A stretch of DNA of 64,000 bases from Sphingomonadales bacterium (GTDB lineage Bacteria > Pseudomonadota > Alphaproteobacteria > Sphingomonadales > Sphingomonadaceae), in NCBI GenBank assembly GCA_031408195.1, contig JANNVL010000082.1, positions 16,298 through 80,297 of the forward strand, written 5' to 3'. The notes below the pieces were generated by a model. The model searched no databases. It saw nothing but the letters and a program-made list of their open reading frames with translations, and was not told where the DNA came from. Shown here in pieces: positions 1 through 9,466 of this stretch. Both the position numbers and the translations under genes were made by a program. Every line of letters begins with the position of its first letter. Position 1 is the stretch's first letter.

Positions 1-502
1 CGGCCAGTCCCGACCAATTCTGTTCGGCCAGCCCTTTGCAGGTCCCTGCGACGAAACTGACCGCCGACGACCAGTCGCGGTGGGTGAGCGGCAGCATTGC
101 TTCTGCGGCACAACCGAGGGCCGCCGACACGCCAGGGATGACTTCGACGGACAGTCCCGCTGCGCGCACCGCTTCGACTTCTTCGCCGCCGCGCCCGAAA
201 ACGAATGGGTCGCCGCCCTTTAGCCGGACGACAATCGCGCCGGTCTTTGCATGGGCAACGATCAGTGCATTGATCGCGTCCTGCGACAGGGTGTGGCGGT
301 CGCGTTTTTTGGCGACCGAGATGCGTTGGGCATGAGGCGGGACGTGCGCGAATACGCGATCGTCGATCAGACCGTCGTGCACGACGACATCGGCGGATTG
401 CAGCGCCGCAACCGCCTTCAACGTCAGTAATTCGGGGTCGCCCGGACCTGCCCCGACAAGGATGACGCGCCCACGTTGTTCTGGATGGAGGAGATTTGCC
501 AT
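1..502 (-). CDS. cobA: Uroporphyrinogen-III C-methyltransferase (SUMT); 3' end runs off the window
   Basis: Not in the ORF track. Manual minus-strand translation from ATG at 502 gives MANLLHPEQRGRVILVGAGPGDPELLTLKA...VVHDGLID...VVRLKGGDPFVFGRGGEE...VIPGVSAA, the tetrapyrrole methylase motifs. Confidence 0.92.
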   Translation of the reverse strand, partial: MANLLHPEQRGRVILVGAGPGDPELLTLKAVAALQSADVVVHDGLIDDRVFAHVPPHAQRISVAKKRDRHTLSQDAINALIVAHAKTGAIVVRLKGGDPFVFGRGGEEVEAVRAAGLSVEVIPGVSAALGCAAEAMLPLTHRDWSSAVSFVAGTCKGLAEQNWSGLA

Positions 503-571
503 ATTGCGCCTCTGCGCGCGCGGGCTGTGTGCCGCAACATAGCGATACTTGTTACGCGACCAGTGTCGCTT

Positions 572-1984
572 TCAGTCGAGGCGTAGCCCGACGCCAATCG
601 CAGCGCGCGGGTTGTCCTCTTCGGACGACACCACCGGATAGGCGCAATAATCGGCGGCGTAATAGGCACTGGGCCGGTGGTTACCCGACAGGCCGATTCC
701 GCCGAACGGCGCCGACGAAGAGGCGCCGCTGGTCGGTTTGTTCCAGTTGACGATGCCAGCCCGGCTGTTGGCCCAGAACCGGTCGTAAAGCTCGGGACTG
801 CCGCCGATGAGCGAGGCCGACAGGCCGAAGCGGGTGTTGTTGGCCTCGATCAGGGCCGCGTTGAAATCGGGCACGCGGATCATTTGCAGCAATGGGCCGA
901 ACAGCTCGATGTCGGGCCGGTCGCGGACTTCGGTCACGTCGATGATCGCGGGTGACAGGAACGGAAAATCGTCGAGCGGTCGCTCAAGCTGGACGATGGG
1001 GCGGCCGCCCTTCATCAACAGCGCGAGAAAGCTCTCCTGCAATCCGTCGGCAGCTTCGTTGTCGATCACCGGCCCCATAAACGGGGCGGGGGTCGAATGC
1101 GGGTCACCGACGATCAGGCGCGCAATCAACTTGCGGAGCTCGGCGACCAGCGGCTCGTGCATGCCGTCCTTGACGATCAACCGCCGCGCCGCCGTGCAGC
1201 GCTGGCCTGCCGACATGAAAGCCGACTGTGCCACAAGTACGGCGGCGGTATAGGCGTCGGGCGCATCCCACACGATGATCGGGTTATTGCCGCCCATCTC
1301 CAGCGCCAAAATCTTATTGGGCATATCGGCATATTGCCGGTTGAGGATCAGGCCGGTGTGCGCCGAACCGGTGAACAACAGCCCGTCGATGTCTTCGTTT
1401 CCCGCCAGCTGTTTGCCCTCGGCAGGGCCGCCGATGACGACGCGGACCAGATCTTCGGGGATACCGGCGGCATGATAGCATTCGACCAGCTTGATGCCCG
1501 ACAAAGGGGTCTTCTCACTCGGTTTGAACACGATGGCGTTACCCGCAAGCAGGGCAGGAACTATGTGCCCGTTGGCGAGGTGCATCGGGAAATTATACGG
1601 CCCCAGCACGCCCAACACGCCGTGCGGTTTGTGCCGCAGCGCAGTGCGCGCGCCCATCGCGCCGTCGATGCGGCGCTGGGCGGTGCGTTCGCTATAGGCG
1701 TTGACTGAAATCTCGACCTTGGCGATCACCGATTCAACCTCGGTACGCGCTTCCCATAACGGCTTGCCGGTTTCGCGGGCGATGGTGTCGGCCAGATCGT
1801 CGTGGCGGGCGCGCACGACATTGGCGAAACGGTGAAGCGTTTCGGTCCGGAATGTGAGTGACTGCGCCGCCCATTGCGGCCATGCGTCGCGCGCGCGGGC
1901 AACCTCTGCGGCGACGTCGCTTGACATGCCGCGCCACAATTCAGCCCCCGTTGCCGGTTCGATGGAAATCACTTCACCAGCCAT
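572..1984 (-). CDS. astD: Succinylglutamate-semialdehyde dehydrogenase
   Basis: ALDH motifs (LEMGGNNP, GQRCT, ELFGP) and the AstD-type C-terminus VNWNKPTSGASSSAPFGGIGLSGNHRPSAYYAADYCAYP. Confidence 0.88.
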   Translation of the reverse strand: MAGEVISIEPATGAELWRGMSSDVAAEVARARDAWPQWAAQSLTFRTETLHRFANVVRARHDDLADTIARETGKPLWEARTEVESVIAKVEISVNAYSERTAQRRIDGAMGARTALRHKPHGVLGVLGPYNFPMHLANGHIVPALLAGNAIVFKPSEKTPLSGIKLVECYHAAGIPEDLVRVVIGGPAEGKQLAGNEDIDGLLFTGSAHTGLILNRQYADMPNKILALEMGGNNPIIVWDAPDAYTAAVLVAQSAFMSAGQRCTAARRLIVKDGMHEPLVAELRKLIARLIVGDPHSTPAPFMGPVIDNEAADGLQESFLALLMKGGRPIVQLERPLDDFPFLSPAIIDVTEVRDRPDIELFGPLLQMIRVPDFNAALIEANNTRFGLSASLIGGSPELYDRFWANSRAGIVNWNKPTSGASSSAPFGGIGLSGNHRPSAYYAADYCAYPVVSSEEDNPRAAIGVGLRLD

Positions 1985-2024
1985 TAACTCCCCGCTTTAC
2001 ACCCGTATTATGGATTTATGGTTA

Positions 2025-3425
2025 TCATGCAGAAAGCATGTGCGCTTCGCCCATATGGCGGATGGCGGCAAGTTTCGAGTCGAACAAAGTCCAGTCGTCA
2101 TCGGCCGCTATGGATGCCCAGATCGCTTCCACCTCGTCGATGAGCATCGAGCAGGGGCCAGCACCGGACCAATAGTCATGGCCCAGGCCGCCGACCGGCG
2201 CATAGCCCGCCACAGCGGCGCGGAACGCCGCGAACGCATCGATGGAATAACCAGCATCGGGACGCCGCTGACGACCGCCGCGCCAGTCGAAGAAGAATTT
2301 GTCGAGCGGACATTGCGTGGTGACGAGCACAGCTTCCATGGCCTGCACCAGTGCCACATCGCTTCCCCCGCCCTTCGGAACAACGCCGAGCCGCCACAGC
2401 ATCCGGTCGATGATGGCGGCCCGATAGGCAGTACCAAATTGATCGACCGCCGCCGCAAGAGCGTCAGGCTCCGCGATTTCGCTCAGCGCAATCGCCAGCT
2501 GGACAACATCCCAGTGGATCGCTTCGGCTTGTCGCCCGAAAGCATAGAGCCCCGCCGAATCGAAATAGGCGGCGGTGAAGTCCGCATCGAACGTCGGCGC
2601 GAACCGCCACGGGCCGTAATCGAAACTCTCGCCGGTGATGTTGATATTGTCGCTGTTTAGTACGCCATGCACGAAACCTGCCGCCATGAACGATGCGGCC
2701 ATGCGTGTGGTGCGGGTAGCGACATGCCGAAGCAGACGCACGGGGCCGTCGGTGCCCATTTCCTCGCTGAAATAATGCTTCAAACTATAGGCTACGAGAC
2801 GGTCGAGTTCGGCCTTTTGCCCAAGCGTTGCCAGCCGCTGGAAACTGCCGATGCGGATATGGCCGTGGTTGAGGCGGACCAGCACTGCCGCGCGCGTCGG
2901 GGAAGGTTCGTCGCCCCGGTGTAAATGTTCGCCGGTCTCGATCACCGAGAACGTCCGCGATGTTTCGACGCCAAGTGCTTCGAGCATTTCGGTGGCAAGG
3001 ATTTCGCGGACCGCCCCCTTGAGCGTGAGTCGTCCGTCGCCGAAACGGCTGTGCGGCGTCGTGCCCGATCCCTTGGTGCCGAAGTCCATGAGCCGTCCGA
3101 CTTGATCTCGACACTGTGCGAACAGGAAGCCGCGCCCGTCGCCGATATCCGGATTGTACACGCGAAACTGGTGGCCGTGGTAGCGTAACGCGAGCGGCTG
3201 CGGCTGTGCGCCGGGAAGCGGCACGAAGTGGCCGAAGTGATCGATCCATGCCGCATCGGGCAAAACGTCCAGCCCGACCTGCGCGGCGGCGCGGTCGTTG
3301 CGGAACCGCAGCCGGTGTTGTGGGAAATCTGCCGCCGTCACCGGGTCGGCAATAAAGTCCGTAATTTCATCGATCGCCCGGGCCGAAATGAAGGCGGGTG
3401 TGAAAACTTGCGGTGTCGCGGCCAT
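2025..3425 (-). CDS. selO: Protein adenylyltransferase SelO (YdiU family)
   Basis: YHGHQF, KGSGTTPHSRFGDGRLTLKGAVREILATEML, GFVHGVLNSDN and DYGP motifs. Confidence 0.9.
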   Translation of the reverse strand: MAATPQVFTPAFISARAIDEITDFIADPVTAADFPQHRLRFRNDRAAAQVGLDVLPDAAWIDHFGHFVPLPGAQPQPLALRYHGHQFRVYNPDIGDGRGFLFAQCRDQVGRLMDFGTKGSGTTPHSRFGDGRLTLKGAVREILATEMLEALGVETSRTFSVIETGEHLHRGDEPSPTRAAVLVRLNHGHIRIGSFQRLATLGQKAELDRLVAYSLKHYFSEEMGTDGPVRLLRHVATRTTRMAASFMAAGFVHGVLNSDNINITGESFDYGPWRFAPTFDADFTAAYFDSAGLYAFGRQAEAIHWDVVQLAIALSEIAEPDALAAAVDQFGTAYRAAIIDRMLWRLGVVPKGGGSDVALVQAMEAVLVTTQCPLDKFFFDWRGGRQRRPDAGYSIDAFAAFRAAVAGYAPVGGLGHDYWSGAGPCSMLIDEVEAIWASIAADDDWTLFDSKLAAIRHMGEAHMLSA

Positions 3426-3462
3426 GCGGCGATATGGACGCGGGCGCAGGGAGCGGCAAGTC

Positions 3463-4329
3463 TTGGCTTTTACGGACGGATATTGGTGGTCGAACGACGG
3501 GTTGCGGCTGCACTACCGCGATTATGCGGGGCAAAGTGCTGCCGCCGCAACGCGTCCGCCGATCCTGTGCTTGCCCGGCCTGACCCGTAATGCCCGCGAT
3601 TTCGAGACGGTGGCTCAGCGGCTGTCGGCGGAGTGGCGCGTAATTGCGGTCGATCTGCGCGGGCGGGGCGAGAGCGCCTATGCCAAGGACGCGATGACCT
3701 ATGTCCCGCTGACCTATGTGCAGGATATCGAGCGGTTACTGACCGATCTGAAGATCGACCGGTTCGTGTCGTTTGGGACATCGCTAGGCGGAATCGTGAC
3801 GATGCTGCTCGCCGCGACTGGCCATGCGCGGCTGGCGGGCGCGGTGCTCAACGATGTCGGGCCAGTGATCGAGGCAGCGGGACTCGACCGCATTCGCGGC
3901 TATGTCGGGCGGGGCGGGGCGTATCCGACTTGGGTCCATGCAGCGCGCGGCATTGCAGAGACTAATGCGGCAGTGTTTCCGCGCTATAACCTGACCGACT
4001 GGCTGGCCATGGCGAAGCGGACCTACCGGCTGTCGTCGAACGGACGGATCGTGCAAGATTACGACAAGAAAATTGCCGAGCCGTTCCGCTTGCCGGGCGG
4101 CGAGGCGGGAATTGATCTGTGGCCTGCATTCGACGCGCTGGCCGACGTGCCGACGCTGATCGTGCGGGGCGGGCTGTCCGACTTGCTTGCGCCCGCAACC
4201 GTCACTGAAATGACCGGGCGGTTGCGTCGGGCGACAGCGGTGACTGTTGCCGACGTTGGCCATGCTCCGGTGCTCGACGAGTCCGAGGCAGCTGCTGCCA
4301 TCGACGCGTTGCTGGCCAAAATCGCCTGA
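3463..4329 (+). CDS. Alpha/beta-fold hydrolase
   Basis: CLPGLTRN, nucleophile elbow GTSLG, C-terminal GHAP. Likely start is TTG at 3463 with GGGAG upstream; the track start at 3298 overlaps selO. Confidence 0.85.
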   Translation: MAFTDGYWWSNDGLRLHYRDYAGQSAAAATRPPILCLPGLTRNARDFETVAQRLSAEWRVIAVDLRGRGESAYAKDAMTYVPLTYVQDIERLLTDLKIDRFVSFGTSLGGIVTMLLAATGHARLAGAVLNDVGPVIEAAGLDRIRGYVGRGGAYPTWVHAARGIAETNAAVFPRYNLTDWLAMAKRTYRLSSNGRIVQDYDKKIAEPFRLPGGEAGIDLWPAFDALADVPTLIVRGGLSDLLAPATVTEMTGRLRRATAVTVADVGHAPVLDESEAAAAIDALLAKIA

Positions 4330-5465
4330 TGCCGGTCAACGTCCTGCATTGCCATTCGACCTTTTCGCTCGGGGGCAAGGAAGCCCGCGCGGTGGCATTG
4401 ATGAACGCGTTCGGCGACCGGGCGCGACATACGATTATCAGTTCGGTGCCGGGCGCGCTCGACGCACGCGCTGCGATTGCGGCGGGGATCGATGCGCGTT
4501 TCCCCGATAATGTCCCGTCGCTGACCGGACGTCCCTCGGTGGCGCGGTACCGCGACATTGCCGACTATATGCGCGGGTTCGATCTGGTGCTGACCTATAA
4601 CTGGGGCGCGATGGACGCGGTGATGGCGCGGCGGATGTTTGGCAAATCACTGCCGCCGCTGGTTCATCACGAGGATGGCTTCAACGCCGACGAGGCGGTC
4701 CGCCTGAAACCCGAGCGCACCCTGATGCGGCGGCTTGCGTTTCCGGCGGCGTCGGCCGTGGTCGTGCCGTCTGGGACGCTCGAAGACATCGCGCTGAAGA
4801 CGTGGAAGCAGCCGCTATCGCGCATCCACCGCATCCCCAACGGCATCCAGACCGCGCGCTATGCGGTAAAACCCAAGCCCAACGCCATTCCGGGGTTACG
4901 CAAAAAGGCGGGCGAGATCGTCATCGGCACAGTTGCCGGTCTGCGTCCGGTCAAGAATTTGCCCCGCCTTGTCGAGGCGGCGCTAATGATCCCGGGCACG
5001 CGGCTCGTCATTATCGGCGAGGGGCCGGAGAAGGACGCGATTGCCGCGAAGGCGCGCGAGATGGGCGTGTTCCAGCGGCTGGTGATGCCGGGCTTCCTGC
5101 CCGACCCGCACCGCTACATCGGCCTGTTCGATATCTTCGCGCTGTCGTCGGACAGCGAGCAGTTCCCGATTGCACTCGTCGAGGCGATGGCGGCGGGACT
5201 GCCGGTCGCCACCACCCATGTTGGCGATGTCGCGGTCATCCTGCCGCCCGAACAATTGCCGCTGGTCACCGAGTGCGACGAATATGCGCTGGCGGCGGCG
5301 CTGCGCCAGCTTGTCGCCGACAAAACGCTGCGCGCCAAGCTCGGGGCGGCAAATCAGGCGCTGGCGACAGCCGCCTATGACGAAACGGCGATGGTCGCTT
5401 CCTACGCCAGGCTCTACGACAGCGCGCTCGGCAATACCGTGCATTTTGCATCCGGCACGCTATAA
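4329..5465 (+). CDS. GT4-family (GT-B fold) glycosyltransferase
   Basis: GGKE N-terminal motif, KNLPRL, SSDSEQFPIALVEAMAAG. TGATG overlap with the upstream hydrolase. Confidence 0.88.
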   Translation: MPVNVLHCHSTFSLGGKEARAVALMNAFGDRARHTIISSVPGALDARAAIAAGIDARFPDNVPSLTGRPSVARYRDIADYMRGFDLVLTYNWGAMDAVMARRMFGKSLPPLVHHEDGFNADEAVRLKPERTLMRRLAFPAASAVVVPSGTLEDIALKTWKQPLSRIHRIPNGIQTARYAVKPKPNAIPGLRKKAGEIVIGTVAGLRPVKNLPRLVEAALMIPGTRLVIIGEGPEKDAIAAKAREMGVFQRLVMPGFLPDPHRYIGLFDIFALSSDSEQFPIALVEAMAAGLPVATTHVGDVAVILPPEQLPLVTECDEYALAAALRQLVADKTLRAKLGAANQALATAAYDETAMVASYARLYDSALGNTVHFASGTL

Positions 5466-5482
5466 CCCCGTATCTAAGGGGT

Positions 5483-6901
5483 ATGGAGATCACCAACTTG
5501 TTCAAGGGTATATCGCCGATCACCTATCGGGGCCGCGAAGTCTGGCCACTGATCGAGGGCGGCAAGGGCGTTGCGGCCACCAATCATGCCAGCGCGGGTG
5601 CCTGGGCAGCTGCGGGCGGCATCGGCACGGTCAGTGCAGTCAACGCCGACAGCTACGACCCGACCGGCAAGATCATTCCGCAAGTCTATGCGGCGCGGAC
5701 ACGGACCGAGCGGCATCAGGAACTTATCGCCTATGCCATCGAGGGCGCGGTCGAACAGGTGAAGCGTGCCTATGACATCGCGTCAGGCAAGGGCGCGATC
5801 AACATCAATGTCCTTTGGGAAATGGGCGGCGCGCAGACGATTTTACACGGGGTGCTTGAACGCACCAAGGGGCTGGTGTCGGGCGTCACTTGCGGTGCCG
5901 GAATGCCTTATAAGCTTAGCGAGATCAGCGCGTCTTACGGGGTAAGCTACCTGCCTATCATCAGTTCAGCGCGTGCATTCCGTGCGCTTTGGAAGCGGGC
6001 CTATTCGAAGGCCGCCGATTATCTGTCGGCGGTGGTGTACGAAGACCCATGGCTCGCGGGCGGCCACAATGGCCTGTCGAATGCCGAAAATCCGCGCGTT
6101 CCCGAGCCGCCTTATCCGCGGGTCAAGGCGCTGCGCGAGACGATGCGCGAGGGCGGCATTCCAGACTCGACACCAATCGTGATGGCGGGCGGCGTCTGGC
6201 ATTTGCGCGACTGGTCCGACTGGATCGACAATCCCGAACTCGGCAGCATCGCGTTTCAGTTCGGCACACGCCCGCTACTGACGCAGGAAAGCCCGATCCC
6301 CCAGGGATGGAAGGACATCCTGACCAAGATCGAAGACGGCGACGTCCTGCTCCACAAATTCTCGCCGACCGGGTTCTACTCATCGGCGATCCGCAACCCG
6401 TTCCTTCGCAATCTCGAAGCGCGCAGCGAACGCCAGATCGCGTTTTCCGGCGAGCAGGCGGGGGATCATACCCACCAGCTCGATGTCGGTGTGAAGGGCA
6501 AGCATTTCTGGGTGACGCGCGGCGATCTGCTGCGCGCCCGCGAATGGTATGGGCTGGGCTATACCGACGCCCTGAAAACGCCCGACAACACTGTTGTGTT
6601 CGTGACTCCGGCGGAAAAAGCAACGATCCGCAAGGACCAGACCGATTGTATGGGGTGCCTGTCGCACTGCGCCTTTTCATCATGGAAGGACCATGACGAC
6701 TGGACAACCGGCTATCTCGCCGATCCGCGTAGCTTCTGCATCCAGAAGACATTGCAGGACGTGGTTCATGGCGGGCCGCTTGACGACAATCTCGTCTTTG
6801 CCGGACATGGCGCGTATAATTTCAAGCGAGACCCGTTCTACTCGAACGGTTTCGTGCCGACCGTCAAACAGCTGGTGGACCGCATCCGGACGGGGGATTA
6901 A
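5483..6901 (+). CDS. Nitronate monooxygenase / FabK-FabX-like flavin oxidoreductase with C-terminal Cys cluster
   Basis: PLIEGGKGV, VTCGAG, VYEDPWLAGGHNG, FQFGTR, and CMGCLSHC...FCIQKTL. Confidence 0.8.
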   Translation: MEITNLFKGISPITYRGREVWPLIEGGKGVAATNHASAGAWAAAGGIGTVSAVNADSYDPTGKIIPQVYAARTRTERHQELIAYAIEGAVEQVKRAYDIASGKGAININVLWEMGGAQTILHGVLERTKGLVSGVTCGAGMPYKLSEISASYGVSYLPIISSARAFRALWKRAYSKAADYLSAVVYEDPWLAGGHNGLSNAENPRVPEPPYPRVKALRETMREGGIPDSTPIVMAGGVWHLRDWSDWIDNPELGSIAFQFGTRPLLTQESPIPQGWKDILTKIEDGDVLLHKFSPTGFYSSAIRNPFLRNLEARSERQIAFSGEQAGDHTHQLDVGVKGKHFWVTRGDLLRAREWYGLGYTDALKTPDNTVVFVTPAEKATIRKDQTDCMGCLSHCAFSSWKDHDDWTTGYLADPRSFCIQKTLQDVVHGGPLDDNLVFAGHGAYNFKRDPFYSNGFVPTVKQLVDRIRTGD

Positions 6902-8133
6902 TCCCCGCGCGTCATCCGCATCGGGGCGACGACTGAAATGGTGAGTGCGGCCAATACTGTCGCAACCGCTGCCCAAAGCATGACGGCGAGCACGGCAATG
7001 GCCTGAGCGGCGATTTGCGTCACGACACCGGTACCCTCGTCGAAATCGGGGCCACCAAGAGCTGGGAGCACGAACAGCGGGAACAGCACCGCTCCGGCCA
7101 TCGCGGGCGCGCCGTGCAGGGTGAAGGCACCTGCTGCACTGCCGAGCCGTGTCCGGCGGACGAGTAACCCTGCCAGCACCGATACCAGCGCGCCGATGGC
7201 ACCCAGCGCCATTGCGCCGCCGGCCCCGACAAATCCCGCTCCGGCAGTGACGGCAGCAAGGCCGACGACTGCATTGTTGGCGATGCCATAGACCGACACG
7301 GCACCGCTTTGGCCACGTTCGATCATCATGCCGGTGACGATAGCAGCACTGGCCGCGAGATGCGCGTTGAGGATCGCGGTTGCGGCGTCGTCACTGCCGC
7401 CGAGTGCCGCTGCGCCGATAAACGCCAGAAACCCGACCCAGATCATCGCTGCGCCCGCAACGGCAAATCGCGAGTCATGCTGCACATCGCCCGGCACTGT
7501 GGCACGCAACAGTAAAGCAACCACGAGAGATGCAACGCCCGCTGCAATCTGGATCGGCATGGCTCCTGCAAAATCGATCGTACCGAGATCGCCCAGCCAG
7601 CCCGGCCATACCCAGCGGGCCAGCGGCACATAAGCGATCAGCAGCCACAGCCCGGAAAACGGCACCAGCCATGCCGGACGCGCTTTTTCACCGACCGAGG
7701 CACACAGAATGCCAACCGCGAAAAGCGCAGCGACCATTTCAAACACCGCGTAAATGGACTCGGAAATCGTCGCGCCATCGACAAGCTCGGACATATTGCC
7801 GAGCATCGCATTGCCGACGCCGCCGAGATACGGGCTGCCCGCACCAAAGGCGAGGCTGTAACCGATCCCGGCGAACAGCAATGACGCGACAGCAATGCCG
7901 CCGAACAGCGCGAAACCCGTCGGTCCGGCGCGTCCGCGACCATAGAATAACGCTAGCCCGGGCAGAATGGCTACGAGAGCGAGAATGGAGCTGGCCATCA
8001 CCCAAGCGCTGTCGCCGCTATCGGCGACGATCATCGGTTGCGCGAGCGCAGGCGCTGCCGTCAGCGCGATACCCGTTGTCAATACCGCCCTAATCGTCCG
8101 CATCGCAGCTGCACTCCCCGTTTGCATCGCCAC
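6898..8133 (-). CDS. Ammonium transporter (Amt) family protein, degenerate
   Basis: DSGDSAWV, PGLALFYG, GYSLAFG, DFAG and LHG match the AmtB scaffold; several pore residues are substituted (see findings). Confidence 0.85.
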   Translation of the reverse strand: MAMQTGSAAAMRTIRAVLTTGIALTAAPALAQPMIVADSGDSAWVMASSILALVAILPGLALFYGRGRAGPTGFALFGGIAVASLLFAGIGYSLAFGAGSPYLGGVGNAMLGNMSELVDGATISESIYAVFEMVAALFAVGILCASVGEKARPAWLVPFSGLWLLIAYVPLARWVWPGWLGDLGTIDFAGAMPIQIAAGVASLVVALLLRATVPGDVQHDSRFAVAGAAMIWVGFLAFIGAAALGGSDDAATAILNAHLAASAAIVTGMMIERGQSGAVSVYGIANNAVVGLAAVTAGAGFVGAGGAMALGAIGALVSVLAGLLVRRTRLGSAAGAFTLHGAPAMAGAVLFPLFVLPALGGPDFDEGTGVVTQIAAQAIAVLAVMLWAAVATVLAALTISVVAPMRMTRGD

Positions 8134-8186
8134 GCTAAGGCGTCGGAGTTAAAGGTTCAACAAAATGGGGAACAGACAGTCGCCGC

Positions 8187-8735
8187 TTGTCGCGCGGCTG
8201 CGGATTTGGCAGGTCGGGGTGCAGAACATCCGGGAGAACCGCCGTGCTTCGCTTATCGACTGTTGCGACCGCCGTCGCCGCTGTGCTGATCGCTACCACG
8301 CCCGCCACCGCTGCGCGCAAGCTCCCATATTGGGCGTCGCTCAATGCGACCGAGGTCATGATGCGGACCGGGCCGGGACGCAATTTTCCCGCTGACTGGC
8401 TTTACAAGCGTAAGGGGCTGCCGGTGAAGGTGGTCAAGACCTATAAGGCGCAACATGCCGAATGGCGGCGCATTCAGGATCCCGACGGAGCCGAGGGTTG
8501 GGTGCAGGCCAATTTGCTGACCGACGCACGGGCAGGGCTGGTGACCGGTGACGTCCGCCCGCTCCGCGATAAGCCGAATGCCGCCGCTGCGATCGTCTGG
8601 CGCGCCGAACCCGGTGTCGTGGGGAAGGTCAGCCAATGTGCTGGCGGCTGGTGCCTGTTCGATGCGCGCGGACGTGCAGGGTATATCGAGGTCGCGCACT
8701 TGTTCGGTGTGGGGACCGACGAAAAGCTGCCGTGA
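8187..8735 (+). CDS. Bacterial SH3-domain protein (two SH3_4-like repeats); start uncertain
   Basis: YWASL...MRTGPGRNFPADWLYKRKGLPVKV...WRRIQDPDGAEGWV, second repeat ending in GWC...GYI; hydrophobic signal-like segment. Confidence 0.8.
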   Translation: MSRGCGFGRSGCRTSGRTAVLRLSTVATAVAAVLIATTPATAARKLPYWASLNATEVMMRTGPGRNFPADWLYKRKGLPVKVVKTYKAQHAEWRRIQDPDGAEGWVQANLLTDARAGLVTGDVRPLRDKPNAAAAIVWRAEPGVVGKVSQCAGGWCLFDARGRAGYIEVAHLFGVGTDEKLP

Positions 8736-9466
8736 CTTGGCTATTGCCTGCGCTTGGCGCGGGCGCGGGCCTGATTGCGGGTAGTTTTCTGGCGACTTTG
8801 GTCGTTCGTTGGCCAATAGGCGCGGGGCTTGGCGGACGGTCGATATGCGATGGGTGCCATGTGCCGCTCGGGGTACGCGACCTGATCCCGCTGCTTTCGT
8901 TTGCGGCGGCAAGCGGGCGGTGCCGGACCTGCGGCGACGCGATCGATCCGGTTCATCCGATAGTGGAACTCTGCTGCGCGGCGGTGGGTGGGATTGCGCT
9001 TGCCTTGTCGCCCGACGCGGCAGGGCTGACGGGGATGTTTATCGGCTGGTTGCTCGTCGCGCTTGCGGCGCTCGACATCCGTGATTTCTGGTTGCCCGAC
9101 GTGCTGACGGCGGCGGTCGGGATGGTTGCGGCCCTGTCATGCTGGGTCGTCGATCCGCCGGGGACAATCGACCGGATCATCGGCGGCATTGCTGCATTCG
9201 GCAGCCTGTGGCTGATTGCCGCGCTCTATCGGCAGCTCAGGGCGCGCGAAGGGCTGGGCGGTGGCGACCCCAAGCTGTTCGGCGCGATAGGTTTGTGGCT
9301 CGGCTGGCAACCGTTGCCGTTCGTGCTGCTCGGGGCGAGCGGAGTCGGACTGGTTGCGGTGCTGGCGATGATGCTGCGCGGACGGACGGTGAGTGCGACA
9401 ACGCGGTTGCCGTTCGGGGCACTGCTGGCGGTGGCGGCATTGCCGGTTTGGGTGTTTATGCGTTGA
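8732..9466 (+). CDS. Prepilin peptidase (A24; PilD/GspO family)
   Basis: Two CxxC motifs (CDGC, CRTC), LDIRDFWLPD and GLGGGDPKL aspartyl motifs, LPFGALL. GTG start at 8732 overlaps the SH3 stop (GTGA). Confidence 0.88.
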   Translation: MTWLLPALGAGAGLIAGSFLATLVVRWPIGAGLGGRSICDGCHVPLGVRDLIPLLSFAAASGRCRTCGDAIDPVHPIVELCCAAVGGIALALSPDAAGLTGMFIGWLLVALAALDIRDFWLPDVLTAAVGMVAALSCWVVDPPGTIDRIIGGIAAFGSLWLIAALYRQLRAREGLGGGDPKLFGAIGLWLGWQPLPFVLLGASGVGLVAVLAMMLRGRTVSATTRLPFGALLAVAALPVWVFMR

